Source: Lachnospiraceae bacterium | Lineage (GTDB): Bacteria > Bacillota > Clostridia > Lachnospirales > Lachnospiraceae | Assembly (NCBI GenBank): GCA_036343175.1 | Contig: JAZASR010000042.1 | Coordinates: 1-16,775 of the forward strand | DNA: 16,775 bases | Direction of reading: 5' to 3' | Part shown: in pieces, positions 16,636-16,775 of the stretch | Numbering within the stretch: the first letter of the stretch is position 1 | Layout of the letters: each line of letters starts with the position of its first letter | Translations under genes and position numbers: made by a program | Notes under the pieces: generated by a model | What the model saw: the letters and a program-made list of their open reading frames with translations, nothing else | The model's database searches: none | What the model was told of the DNA's origin: nothing

Positions 16636-16775
16636 ATGAATTACGGCATGATAGTCGCAGGCGGTATCGGAAAAAGATTTGGGGGTAATACTCCAAAGCA
16701 GTTTCTTTTGCTGGATGGGATACCTGTGATCATACATTCTGTGAAGACATTCCTGAGCTCTTCTGGTCTTACAGA
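16636..16775 (+). CDS. N-terminal fragment of an IspD/TarI-like sugar-phosphate cytidylyltransferase (runs off the window end)
   Basis: AGGAGG RBS at 16623-16628. MNYGMIVAGGIGKRFGGNTPKQFLLLDGIPVI matches the nucleotidyltransferase glycine-rich loop of IspD/TarI-type enzymes. Confidence 0.6.
   Translation, partial: MNYGMIVAGGIGKRFGGNTPKQFLLLDGIPVIIHSVKTFLSSSGLT

Noticed and set aside
1-16775. Mobile element or CRISPR content
   Set aside because: No transposase, integrase or recombinase-like ORFs, no terminal inverted repeats flanking a block, and no regularly spaced direct repeats were seen. The synteny break after sigH has no detectable mobility genes in this window.

Overview
This window reads as chromosomal DNA from a low-GC Firmicute, probably a Clostridia or Lachnospiraceae-type genome. 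Reading left to right: (i) a roughly 330-nt ORF-free region rich in hairpins; (ii) the conserved mrnC-rlmB-sigH cluster, lacking the usual yacP/NYN gene between rlmB and sigH; (iii) an opposite-strand 286-aa protein of no recognisable family that directly abuts sigH; (iv) a four-gene, translationally coupled module with a long divergent intergenic region carrying several palindromes: a short PspA/IM30-like coiled-coil protein, a YdjI-like SPFH/Band-7 protein with a C-terminal zinc ribbon, a small 2-TM protein and a polytopic membrane protein; (v) the c-di-AMP pair cdaA-cdaR; (vi) a possible promoter-plus-terminator small transcript before typA/bipA; (vii) a leucine T-box riboswitch driving a long-form leuA, then a CDF metal transporter embedded in the leu operon, then leuC and leuD; (viii) the 5' end of an IspD/TarI-like cytidylyltransferase. 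No rRNA, tRNA, CRISPR array, transposase or integrase was seen. The best candidate for something undescribed is the divergent unit at 2375-6625: the orphan 286-aa gene, the palindrome-rich control region, and the Psp-like/SPFH/membrane operon with its two uncharacterised membrane partners. All calls come from reading the sequence and remembered family features; no searches were run.
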